Of a DNA stretch of 64,000 nt, positions 13,127 through 21,952 are shown piece after piece. Each line of letters opens with the position of its first letter. Positions within the stretch are counted from its first letter, which is position 1. Source of the stretch: Longimicrobiales bacterium (GTDB taxonomy: Bacteria > Gemmatimonadota > Gemmatimonadetes > Longimicrobiales > Gaopeijiaceae); assembly GCA_965204735.1 (NCBI GenBank), contig OZ242008.1, positions 2,080,001 to 2,144,000 of the forward strand, given 5' to 3'. The position numbers were made by a program, and so were the translations under genes. The notes beneath the pieces are model-generated. The model made no database searches. It worked only from the letters and a program-made list of their open reading frames with translations, and had not been told where the DNA came from.

Positions 13127-15884
13127 GCCGTTGACAGCCGACCATTTTCCGGAGTTCTTCCGCCAACTCCACTGCCAAGAACCGTTTCCGTGGCAGAGAC
13201 GACTGACGGAACAGGTGCTTCGGGACGGCCACTGGCCCGCGGTGATAGACCTTCCCACCGGAACCGGAAAGACAGCAGTCCTAGACACGGCTGTTTTTAC
13301 TCTCGCCGCAAGGCCGGAGACATTCCCCCGGCGCGTCGTCTTTGTTATCGACCGCCGAATCGTGGTCGACCAGGTCTGCGAACGTGCGTTGCATATCGCC
13401 AAAGAGTTGAAGGTCGCTGATGCACCCCTCTTGGGGTCTGTAGGCAGGCGACTACGGGCACTGAGTGACGGGGGCAATGCCCTGGGCGTGGCTGCGTTGC
13501 GGGGTGGCATCCCCATCGACAACGCTTGGATTCGCCGACCCGATGAGCCGTGGGTACTGGTGTCGACCGTAGACCAGTTCGGGTCACGACTGCTGTTTCG
13601 CGGGTACGGCGCAGTGAGTCCACGAATGCGCCCAATACACGCTGGATTAGCGGGAAACGACTGCTTGGTAATACTGGACGAGGTACACCTGAGCGTCCCC
13701 TTCGCGGAAACCCTCGGCCAAGTACGCGCATTTGAGCCCGAGAACGAGCTTCCGAGACGTTTCGCCGTTGTCGAGATGTCTGCCACGCCGAGTAGGGCCG
13801 ACGCCCGTCGATTCCAGCTAGATCCGATGGATGACCTAGAAGAATGCGCGGAGCTCGGCCGACGGGTTCGGACAAAGAAGGAAGCTGCGCTCATCGATGT
13901 CCAGAACCACAAGGTGATGCCCGCCCGAATTGTGAGAGAGGTGAAGTCGATGGCAACCTCCAAAACGGACTCCGGTGCGTCAAGTATCGGCATCGTCGTC
14001 AACCGCGTTCGGACAGCACGCGAGACCTTTGTTGCGCTCAAGGACGCGGGCTACGTTGCCTATTTGATTACCGGACGGATGCGGCCACTTGACCGGATCA
14101 AGGCCCTGAAGGAGATCGCACCCGCTGTCGATCCTAGCCGCGACCATGGTCCAGGGGAGACCACCGTAGTAGTCGCGACGCAGGCCATTGAAGTCGGTGC
14201 CGACTTCAGCTTCGACGCTCTCATTACCGAGTGCGCGGCAGTTGATAGCTTACGGCAGCGGTTCGGCCGTCTAGACCGACGCGGCACCTACTCCCAGCGG
14301 ACCGGTCACGCCGCGCCAGCGGTGATTCTGGGGCCGAAATCTGTCGTTGCGGCAGAGAAGCCCGACCCAATCTACGGCGAGTCTACGAAGGTCACCTGGG
14401 AAGAGCTGGGTAATCGTGTTCGTGACGATCGTGTAGACGTCAGCCCCCTGGCCTTGGCCGACTTTCCGAAAGGAGCGACCGCGCCAAAAGACAAAGCACC
14501 TCTTCTTCTTCAGACGCATATGGACGCTTGGATTCAGACGAATCCCGAGCCCCTAGTGCAACCAAGGGTCGATTGGTTTCTTCATGGCATGGAATCCGCC
14601 GTCTCGCCGGAAGTGTCGATCGTATGGCGGAAGGACATGTCAACAGAAGTGCTACGGCTAGTTCCGCCACGTCAGTTGGAATATCTTCAGGTTCCACTAG
14701 GTGCCGCTAGGGCTTGGTTACGGGGAGAAGACGAGGCCGACATCAGTGACGTCCCATCGTCGTTCCCGGACGACGGCGGCGTCTCGTATGGGTCAAGTGC
14801 CCGGAGGTGCATTCGCTGGAAGGGGATGGACACCGACTTTACTCCCGTATCGGCCGACGGCCTTCGGCCGGGAGACGTCTTAGTTGTCGAGGCCACAGAA
14901 GGAGGCATACGGGCGGGCACCTGGGACCCAGAGTGCAAAGAGGATGTGCCCGACCTTGGCGACGAGGCACAGATTGCGCACCGTCGGCGGGCAACGTTAC
15001 GACTAGAACCTGACCTCATCTCCCGCCTGGCACCTGACTGGCCATCCCCACCCAGACCTAGCGACGAGGTTGAGGCTGTTGATCCACGACGCGACCGGAT
15101 CGACAAGTGGCTCAGGAGGCTGCGGCGAAAGTCAGATGCCGAGTCCGGTGTTTCGATCGCGACCGCGCTGGGAGAAAGATATGCGATCGATTCGGTCGGC
15201 ACTGGGGATGACGCCTACTACATTCTGTCACAGCTACGCGTGGACGACGGGACTATGGACGGTTCCGACGAGTCCAACTCTATGCAAGGCAGCGGAGCTT
15301 CGTTGCGGTCCCACCTGGAAGGCGTTGCCCGGCGAGCGGGTGGATTTGCAGAAGCGCTTGGATTGCCTCTCGAACTTGTGGAGGACCTTCGCCTGGCCGG
15401 ACAGCTTCACGATATTGGTAAAGTGGACTCTCGGTTTCAGGAACAGCTGGTGGGTGGCGATCCTGTCGAGTTGGCAATGCTTGAAGAACCGTTGGCCAAG
15501 TCGCGACCCGGAACAAGACGTGTCCGTCGGTACCCAACCGGAATGCGGCACGAGGTTGCAAGCTTGGCCATGGTCCAGTCAGACCAAGCGGTGCTGGACC
15601 AAGCTCATGACCCCGAGCTTGTTCTTCACCTCATTGGCACTCATCACGGCTACGGGCGTCCTCTGCTGCCAATACAAGAGGATATCCCGCCGCAGTTGCT
15701 ACAACACACGTGGCGTGAGCACGTGTTGACAGCCGAGTCCAATTGGGTCGACACGTCGCTTGCTTCCGATATGGCGGACCGCTTCTGGCGCTTGGTCAAG
15801 AGGTACGGCTACTACGGCTTGACTTGGTTGGAGACGATTCTTCGCCTTGCCGACCATCGAGAGAGCGAGGCCGCATCAAGATGA
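13116..15884 (+). CDS. cas3: Type I-G Cas3 helicase-nuclease, module 2
   Basis: ATG at 13116. Motifs PFPWQ, LPTGTGKT, LDEVH, MSAT, VATQAIEVGAD and QRFGRLDR, plus a C-terminal HD domain (LHDIGK...RHE...THHG). Confidence 0.95.
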   Translation: MNNKPLTADHFPEFFRQLHCQEPFPWQRRLTEQVLRDGHWPAVIDLPTGTGKTAVLDTAVFTLAARPETFPRRVVFVIDRRIVVDQVCERALHIAKELKVADAPLLGSVGRRLRALSDGGNALGVAALRGGIPIDNAWIRRPDEPWVLVSTVDQFGSRLLFRGYGAVSPRMRPIHAGLAGNDCLVILDEVHLSVPFAETLGQVRAFEPENELPRRFAVVEMSATPSRADARRFQLDPMDDLEECAELGRRVRTKKEAALIDVQNHKVMPARIVREVKSMATSKTDSGASSIGIVVNRVRTARETFVALKDAGYVAYLITGRMRPLDRIKALKEIAPAVDPSRDHGPGETTVVVATQAIEVGADFSFDALITECAAVDSLRQRFGRLDRRGTYSQRTGHAAPAVILGPKSVVAAEKPDPIYGESTKVTWEELGNRVRDDRVDVSPLALADFPKGATAPKDKAPLLLQTHMDAWIQTNPEPLVQPRVDWFLHGMESAVSPEVSIVWRKDMSTEVLRLVPPRQLEYLQVPLGAARAWLRGEDEADISDVPSSFPDDGGVSYGSSARRCIRWKGMDTDFTPVSADGLRPGDVLVVEATEGGIRAGTWDPECKEDVPDLGDEAQIAHRRRATLRLEPDLISRLAPDWPSPPRPSDEVEAVDPRRDRIDKWLRRLRRKSDAESGVSIATALGERYAIDSVGTGDDAYYILSQLRVDDGTMDGSDESNSMQGSGASLRSHLEGVARRAGGFAEALGLPLELVEDLRLAGQLHDIGKVDSRFQEQLVGGDPVELAMLEEPLAKSRPGTRRVRRYPTGMRHEVASLAMVQSDQAVLDQAHDPELVLHLIGTHHGYGRPLLPIQEDIPPQLLQHTWREHVLTAESNWVDTSLASDMADRFWRLVKRYGYYGLTWLETILRLADHRESEAASR

Positions 15885-16846
15885 TGACCGACGGAATTCG
15901 GCTGGACGGCTTGGAGGGAACAAATCCCCTCGGGCACCTTGCGGCTCTAGGCATACAGGTTGTATTTGCCTGTGACGAAAGATCACCTTGCCTGTGGTGG
16001 ACCGACGACGTCACGCCCCGGGCAGTGGTCGATGCCGACTTTGGTATAGATCGGATCGCGGAACGAGCAATGCAAGTATGTCGGGAGTGGCAGCACAGCA
16101 AAGCCATGAACCCGACAAGGAACGACGGTACATCGATGCCAAAGGCAGATTCGTTGAAGCTATCTCCCGATGATTTGCGTGAGTACCTAGGCCAGTGTCA
16201 AGATCATGCGAGACCACAGTTCCCACCAGCCGTAGTCGCAGAAGGCAGTGTCGATCGCGGTGGGGCAGCGAAACCATCGGACCTGTACTTTGCCGCAGGT
16301 CAAGTGGTCTTCTTGAGGGAAGCTCGCAAAATTCTAGGACACGTCACCCAAGATGATGTGGTTGCCGATCTTCGGGGGCCGTGGGCGTATCACAGCAAGC
16401 TTCCGTCCATGGGATGGGACATAGTGGACGACCGGGTCTATGCACTTCGGCCGGACGATCCATCGAAGGAAAAGAAGCAGACCAATCCCGGTGCTGAGGC
16501 ACTTGCGATACTGGGGATGAGCCTCTATCCAGTGTTTGCCGATCGTAAAGCCGGCCGGGATCGGACGTTGACGCAGAGCTGCTCTGGCGACTGGAAACGA
16601 GGCCTATTCTCGTGGCCACTGTGGACGAGGCCGATGTCGCTCAATTCGGTACGATCAGTGCTTGCACAGATAGGGACGGACGCTGCCGGCGAGCAGAGAG
16701 GGGCAAGCTGGTTACGCTCGTGCTCTGTGCGTCAGGTCCTTACGTCCACGATCCGACGGTCTTCTCATGGAGGGTATGGTTCCTTTGGTCCCCCGAGAGT
16801 AACTTGGACCAATCCGTCCAACCCTGTTGGCTGGGACATGGCATGA
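15881..16846 (+). CDS. csb3: Type I-G small Cas8g2 (Csb3)
   Basis: ATG overlaps the cas3 stop. 321 aa with LDGLEGTNPLGHLAALG, AGQ, GWD...DRVYAL and FSWPLW. Sits after cas3, as in csb1-csb2-cas3-csb3 loci. Confidence 0.8.
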   Translation: MMTDGIRLDGLEGTNPLGHLAALGIQVVFACDERSPCLWWTDDVTPRAVVDADFGIDRIAERAMQVCREWQHSKAMNPTRNDGTSMPKADSLKLSPDDLREYLGQCQDHARPQFPPAVVAEGSVDRGGAAKPSDLYFAAGQVVFLREARKILGHVTQDDVVADLRGPWAYHSKLPSMGWDIVDDRVYALRPDDPSKEKKQTNPGAEALAILGMSLYPVFADRKAGRDRTLTQSCSGDWKRGLFSWPLWTRPMSLNSVRSVLAQIGTDAAGEQRGASWLRSCSVRQVLTSTIRRSSHGGYGSFGPPRVTWTNPSNPVGWDMA

Positions 16847-16989
16847 GTCCCCAGAGCCCCACGGGAGCGCAGTCCCGGAGCCGATAGGAAACCGGAGGCA
16901 ACCGCCATGGGGTAAGCCAGAACGACCAGCTCACTCTTCCCCTTCCCCCTCCTCCGGCGGACCACGGCCTTCCTCTGACGCCGGCCCGG

Positions 16990-18621
16990 ATGGTCAACGA
17001 ATGGACCTACTGCCCGCGCTTGGCGTACCTGGAGTGGGTCGAGGGCGAGTGGGCGGACAGCGCGGACACCGCCCAGGGGAAGAGGGCACACGCGCTCGTG
17101 GACAAGGGCGGCGGCAAGTTGCCCGCGCCGGACCAGCTGGACGAGGACAGAGCCAAGGCTCGCTCGGTCATGATGTCGTCGGACCGGCTTGGGGTCATCG
17201 CCAAGATGGACGTGGTGGAGGCGTCGGACGGAGTGGCCGTGCCCGTGGACTTCAAGAAGGGCAAGCGACCGCACGTGGCGGCCGGCGCCTACGACCCGGA
17301 ACGGGTCCAGATTTGCGTGCAGGGCATGATCCTGGAGGACAACGGGTACCGTGTCGAGGAGGGGGCACTCTGGTACGTCGGGTCGAGGGAGAGGGTGCGG
17401 ATCGAGCTGGACGACGAGCTGCGGCGCATGACGCTGGACGCGATCGCGGGGCTTCGGCTGGCCGCGTCGGCTCGCCGACGTCCCCCGCCCCTGGAGAACA
17501 GCCGGAAGTGTCCGCGGTGCTCGCTGGCGGGGATATGCCTGCCGGACGAGACCAACATGTTCCGCAAGGGATACCCCCCGCGCCCGCTGAACCCGGCGGA
17601 CGACCCGGCCCTTCCCCTGCACGTGCAGGCGCCGGGGTCCAAGGTTCGCAAGCGAGGGGACTCGTTGCTGGTGGAGACGGAGGACGGCGTGCTTGAAGTG
17701 CCGATGATTCATGTCTCGCAGGTGTCCGTCTACGGACCGGTCTCGGTGACCACACCGGCCCTGCACGCGTTGATGCGGGCGGAGATTCCGGTGTCGTGGT
17801 TCTCGACGGGCAGCTGGTTCCTCGGGCACACGGTCGGCACTGGCCATGGGAACGTGGACGTTCGGCAGGCGCAGTACAGGACCGCGTTCGACTCAAGACG
17901 GAGCCTGGAGTTCGCCCGCTCCCTGGTGGCGGCAAAGGTTCGCAACTCTCGCACGATGCTGCGCCGCAACTGGCGACCGGAGCGCGGATCGGAAGACAAG
18001 ACGGACGCGCTGACGGGGTTGAAGCGGATCGCCCGGAAGGCGCAGTTCGCCAAGGACGTGCCCGAGCTGCTGGGGATGGAGGGAGAGGCGGCGGCCGTCT
18101 ACTTCGCCCACTTCGGGCGGATGATGGCGGAGGCGAAGTCCGGCCAGCTGGCGTTCTCCTTCGAGACGCGGAACCGTCGTCCTCCGACGGACCCCGTGAA
18201 CGCTTGCCTTTCGCTGGCCTACGCCGTGCTGACGCGGGTCTTTGCGGTCGCGCTGTCCACTGTCGGCCTCGATCCGTACCTCGGGATGTACCACCGGCCT
18301 CGGCACGGTCGGCCGGCCCTGGCGCTGGACCTCATGGAGCCGTTTCGGCCCATCGTGGCCGATTCGTGCGTCATTCAAGTCATCAACAACGGCGAGGTGA
18401 GCCTTGCGGACTTCGTGTTCAACGGTCCGGCCTGCTCCCTCAAGCCCGGCGGCCGAAGGACGTTCCTGAAGGCGTTCGAGCGGCGCATGGACCAGGAGAC
18501 CACGCATCCAGTCTTTGGGTACAGGGTGTCCATGCGGCGCATGATTGAAGTGCAGGCGCGGCTCTTGGCGCGACACTTTCAAGGCGAGGTGTCGCCCTAT
18601 CCGCACTTCCTGCCGAGGTAG
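16990..18621 (+). CDS. cas1: Cas4-Cas1 fusion (5' end uncertain, possibly damaged)
   Basis: Cas4 part: YCPR, DFKKG and [11 protein letters not shown]e-S ligands. Cas1 part: GMEGEAA, RNRRPPTDPVN, HRPR and LDLMEPFR. In-frame coding-like sequence extends upstream to about 16906. Confidence 0.93.
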   Translation: MVNEWTYCPRLAYLEWVEGEWADSADTAQGKRAHALVDKGGGKLPAPDQLDEDRAKARSVMMSSDRLGVIAKMDVVEASDGVAVPVDFKKGKRPHVAAGAYDPERVQICVQGMILEDNGYRVEEGALWYVGSRERVRIELDDELRRMTLDAIAGLRLAASARRRPPPLENSRKCPRCSLAGICLPDETNMFRKGYPPRPLNPADDPALPLHVQAPGSKVRKRGDSLLVETEDGVLEVPMIHVSQVSVYGPVSVTTPALHALMRAEIPVSWFSTGSWFLGHTVGTGHGNVDVRQAQYRTAFDSRRSLEFARSLVAAKVRNSRTMLRRNWRPERGSEDKTDALTGLKRIARKAQFAKDVPELLGMEGEAAAVYFAHFGRMMAEAKSGQLAFSFETRNRRPPTDPVNACLSLAYAVLTRVFAVALSTVGLDPYLGMYHRPRHGRPALALDLMEPFRPIVADSCVIQVINNGEVSLADFVFNGPACSLKPGGRRTFLKAFERRMDQETTHPVFGYRVSMRRMIEVQARLLARHFQGEVSPYPHFLPR

Positions 18622-18626
18622 TCGCG

Positions 18627-18920
18627 ATGGCAAAGGAACGTCTGTACGTGGTCGCGTACGACATCGCCGACCCCAAGAGGTGGCAGCGAGTCTTCTCGGC
18701 GATGAAGGGCTACGGGTACTGGTTGCAGTTGTCCGTCTTCCAGTGCAGACTAACGGGACGGCGACGGGCCGAGATGGCGACTCGGCTGAACGACATGATC
18801 GATTCGTCCGAGGACCACGTTCTGATCCTTGACATGGGACCGGCGGACAAGGTGGAACCGCTGGTCGAAAGCATGGGAAGGACCTACGAGGCTCCAAAGC
18901 GGCAGGCGACCGTTGTGTAG
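18627..18920 (+). CDS. cas2: Cas2
   Basis: 97 aa with YVVAYDIAD...LQLSVFQC. Confidence 0.95.
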   Translation: MAKERLYVVAYDIADPKRWQRVFSAMKGYGYWLQLSVFQCRLTGRRRAEMATRLNDMIDSSEDHVLILDMGPADKVEPLVESMGRTYEAPKRQATVV

Positions 18921-19138
18921 GCCGCGTCGCTGTCTGCCGTTGCCTGCGCGACCGCTCGGGCGCGGACGAAACGACCGACAGCGGTCGCAAACGCCGCCTC
19001 GCGTGTGGTTCCGCAGCCGTTTCTTGACAACACAGGTGTCCGGGCCGTACTGTCCGGTGCCCGCGGGGGCAAGCCGACCAGGGCCGCTCGCAAACGGGGC
19101 TGGAAGTTCTTGTCCTGGAAGGACTTGCGGGTAGGTGT
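18921..19138 (+). promoter_or_regulatory. CRISPR leader with candidate sigma70 promoter
   Basis: Non-coding gap between cas2 and the first repeat. TTGACA (19024-19029), 18 nt spacer, TACTGT (19048-19053). Confidence 0.65.
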
Positions 19139-21952
19139 CTCTTCCCCGGCCACCGAGCCGGGGCCTCATTGAAGCCCGCCCGGCCCACGGAGCCCCCACT
19201 CTTCCCCGGCCACCGAGCCGGGGCCTCGAAGCGCACCCTCTTCCCCGGCCACCGAGCCGGGGCCTCATTGAAGCGCCCGCGCCGGGGGAGACGCCGGGGA
19301 AGGGCGGGGCTCCTCTTCCCCGGCCACCGAGCCGGGGCCTCATTGAAGCGCGTCTCCGTTGCGCCGTCTCTATGCGGGAGGCTACCGGGCTCTTCCCCGG
19401 CCACCGAGCCGGGGCCTCATTGAAGCCCAGCCCCGCTCGTCTGCAATCCCAGCCGCCCTCTCTTCCCCGGCCACCGAGCCGGGGCCTCATTGAAGCCGCG
19501 CGGCGGGCATCAGCGGCTGATCGACCCATTCCGGTCTCTTCCCCGGCCACCGAGCCGGGGCCTCATTGAAGCCACTCGCCATGGAGCTTCCGGCCCGTGT
19601 CGGTCGTCGGTCTCTTCCCCGGCCACCGAGCCGGGGCCTCATTGAAGCCGGCGGGCGAGGCCCCGGAGGACCTTGCGGACGCCCCGGTGCTCTTCCCCGG
19701 CCACCGAGCCGGGGCCTCATTGAAGCATCTACGCCCGGAGGCTCGCCTTCCGCCGGGCGCGGTCTCTTCCCCGGCCACCGAGCCGGGGCCTCATTGAAGC
19801 CATGTCGAGGCTGGCCCACTTTCGCCACGTCCTCCCTCTTCCCCGGCCACCGAGCCGGGGCCTCATTGAAGCTCAACCTACAATCTAATGGTACCAAGAT
19901 CGGGGCTCCTCTTCCCCGGCCACCGAGCCGGGGCCTCATTGAAGCGTCAATATTGCGGCCAGCGTCTCCGCGTTGCTTGCGCCTCTTCCCCGGCCACCGA
20001 GCCGGGGCCTCATTGAAGCAGGCAGGGGCTTTGGACCCCGCGACAGCACGGCAACTCTCTTCCCCGGCCACCGAGCCGGGGCCTCATTGAAGCACGGTGG
20101 CGCGCCGGTACCGCATCATGCGCTTCGCCCTCTCTTCCCCGGCCACCGAGCCGGGGCCTCATTGAAGCGGCTTTCTCCCGGCTTCGCCAGCCTCGACACG
20201 TAATGCTCTTCCCCGGCCACCGAGCCGGGGCCTCATTGAAGCGTCTTGTGCGTGCTCGCGTCGCTGCTCGGAGGCGTGAACTCTTCCCCGGCCACCGAGC
20301 CGGGGCCTCATTGAAGCGACGTCCATCGTCGCAAAGACCCTCAATCCGTTCGCATCTCTTCCCCGGCCACCGAGCCGGGGCCTCATTGAAGCGATGCGAT
20401 GTGCCTGGCGTTTGCGATGGACAGCGCCGCTCTTCCCCGGCCACCGAGCCGGGGCCTCATTGAAGCCGGCTGGCGCTGGCCGTCGCAGGCGACACGGGCG
20501 GCGAGCCCTCTTCCCCGGCCACCGAGCCGGGGCCTCATTGAAGCGCCTCGACGATCTCGTCCGCGGCGGCGGCCAGCTCCTCTTCCCCGGCCACCGAGCC
20601 GGGGCCTCATTGAAGCTCCGGCGGCAAGCCGGAATCGATGACGACACGGAGACTCTTCCCCGGCCACCGAGCCGGGGCCTCATTGAAGCGGCCCGGGCGT
20701 AGTGGGCGGGCATCCGCGCCGACTTCCCTCTTCCCCGGCCACCGAGCCGGGGCCTCATTGAAGCGTCGGTGTCGCTGTCCAGCATCGCTTCGGCGAACGC
20801 GCCGGGCTCTTCCCCGGCCACCGAGCCGGGGCCTCATTGAAGCCTGGACGCGCAACGCCGACTCGCCGACGCCGACCGTCCTCTTCCCCGGCCACCGAGC
20901 CGGGGCCTCATTGAAGCCCGGCCCTATTGCCGACCGACCGACACTTCACTCCACTCTTCCCCGGCCACCGAGCCGGGGCCTCATTGAAGCAGTAGCTTCA
21001 GCACCAGGAACCCATTCATCTTCCATCCAGCTCTTCCCCGGCCACCGAGCCGGGGCCTCATTGAAGCGCCGGAAGTGACGTTGCCGCGCAACGCATTGCT
21101 TTCCCTCTTCCCCGGCCACCGAGCCGGGGCCTCATTGAAGCATGAGTTAGCGGGAAGGCTTTATGAGTTAGCGGGAAGCTCTTCCCCGGCCACCGAGCCG
21201 GGGCCTCATTGAAGCCGATATGCGGAAGTTATGGACGCTGGCGAATATCCTGTCTCTTCCCCGGCCACCGAGCCGGGGCCTCATTGAAGCCCGCCGACGT
21301 AGCGGATGACGTGGCGCGCAAGCTCGCCTCTCTTCCCCGGCCACCGAGCCGGGGCCTCATTGAAGCTCAACTACCTACCAACCGAATAGATACCGAAGTA
21401 CGCTCTCTTCCCCGGCCACCGAGCCGGGGCCTCATTGAAGCTTGTACCGTAAGACAACGGTTGCGAACGTAAATACGCCTCTTCCCCGGCCACCGAGCCG
21501 GGGCCTCATTGAAGCCATTGTCGCCCCAAGACAAGGGCGAAGTTGGAAGCCCTCTTCCCCGGCCACCGAGCCGGGGCCTCATTGAAGCCCTACTCGTTCT
21601 ATGTATGTACTACCGGGTTCTTCTTCTCTTCCCCGGCCACCGAGCCGGGGCCTCATTGAAGCGACCGCGCCCGACGAGGACGCCGGGCGGTGACCGCCCT
21701 CTTCCCCGGCCACCGAGCCGGGGCCTCATTGAAGCCCTTCCGGAAGACGAGGGGCTTCAACTTCCGAAGTCTCTTCCCCGGCCACCGAGCCGGGGCCTCA
21801 TTGAAGCTCGCGATACAACTGGGCCCGGTCATCGTACGCGTCGCTCTTCCCCGGCCACCGAGCCGGGGCCTCATTGAAGCCGTCCGTCATCGTCTCCTCC
21901 TTGGTGGTCTGCGGCGCTCTTCCCCGGCCACCGAGCCGGGGCCTCATTGAAG
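19139..21952 (+). CRISPR. CRISPR array: 39 repeats, 38 spacers; repeat CTCTTCCCCGGCCACCGAGCCGGGGCCTCATTGAAGC (37 bp)
   Basis: Counted by eye. The repeat has a 7-bp hairpin CCCCGGC/GCCGGGG and a 3' ATTGAAGC end. Spacers 3-38 are 33-42 bp; spacer 1 is 23 bp and spacer 2 is 5 bp. Repeat 2 lacks ATT, and the last repeat lacks its final C. Confidence 0.99.

Noticed and set aside
19176..21916. Possible self-targeting spacers, including a weak resemblance of spacer 1 to ~16856-16868
   Set aside because: Only a short gapped similarity was found. No full match was seen by eye; a real alignment is needed to exclude one.
18750..21950. Many repetitive ORFs (MRPRLGGRGR, FNEAPARWPGK, LPRPPSRGLIEA)
   Set aside because: These are translations of CRISPR repeats, not genes.
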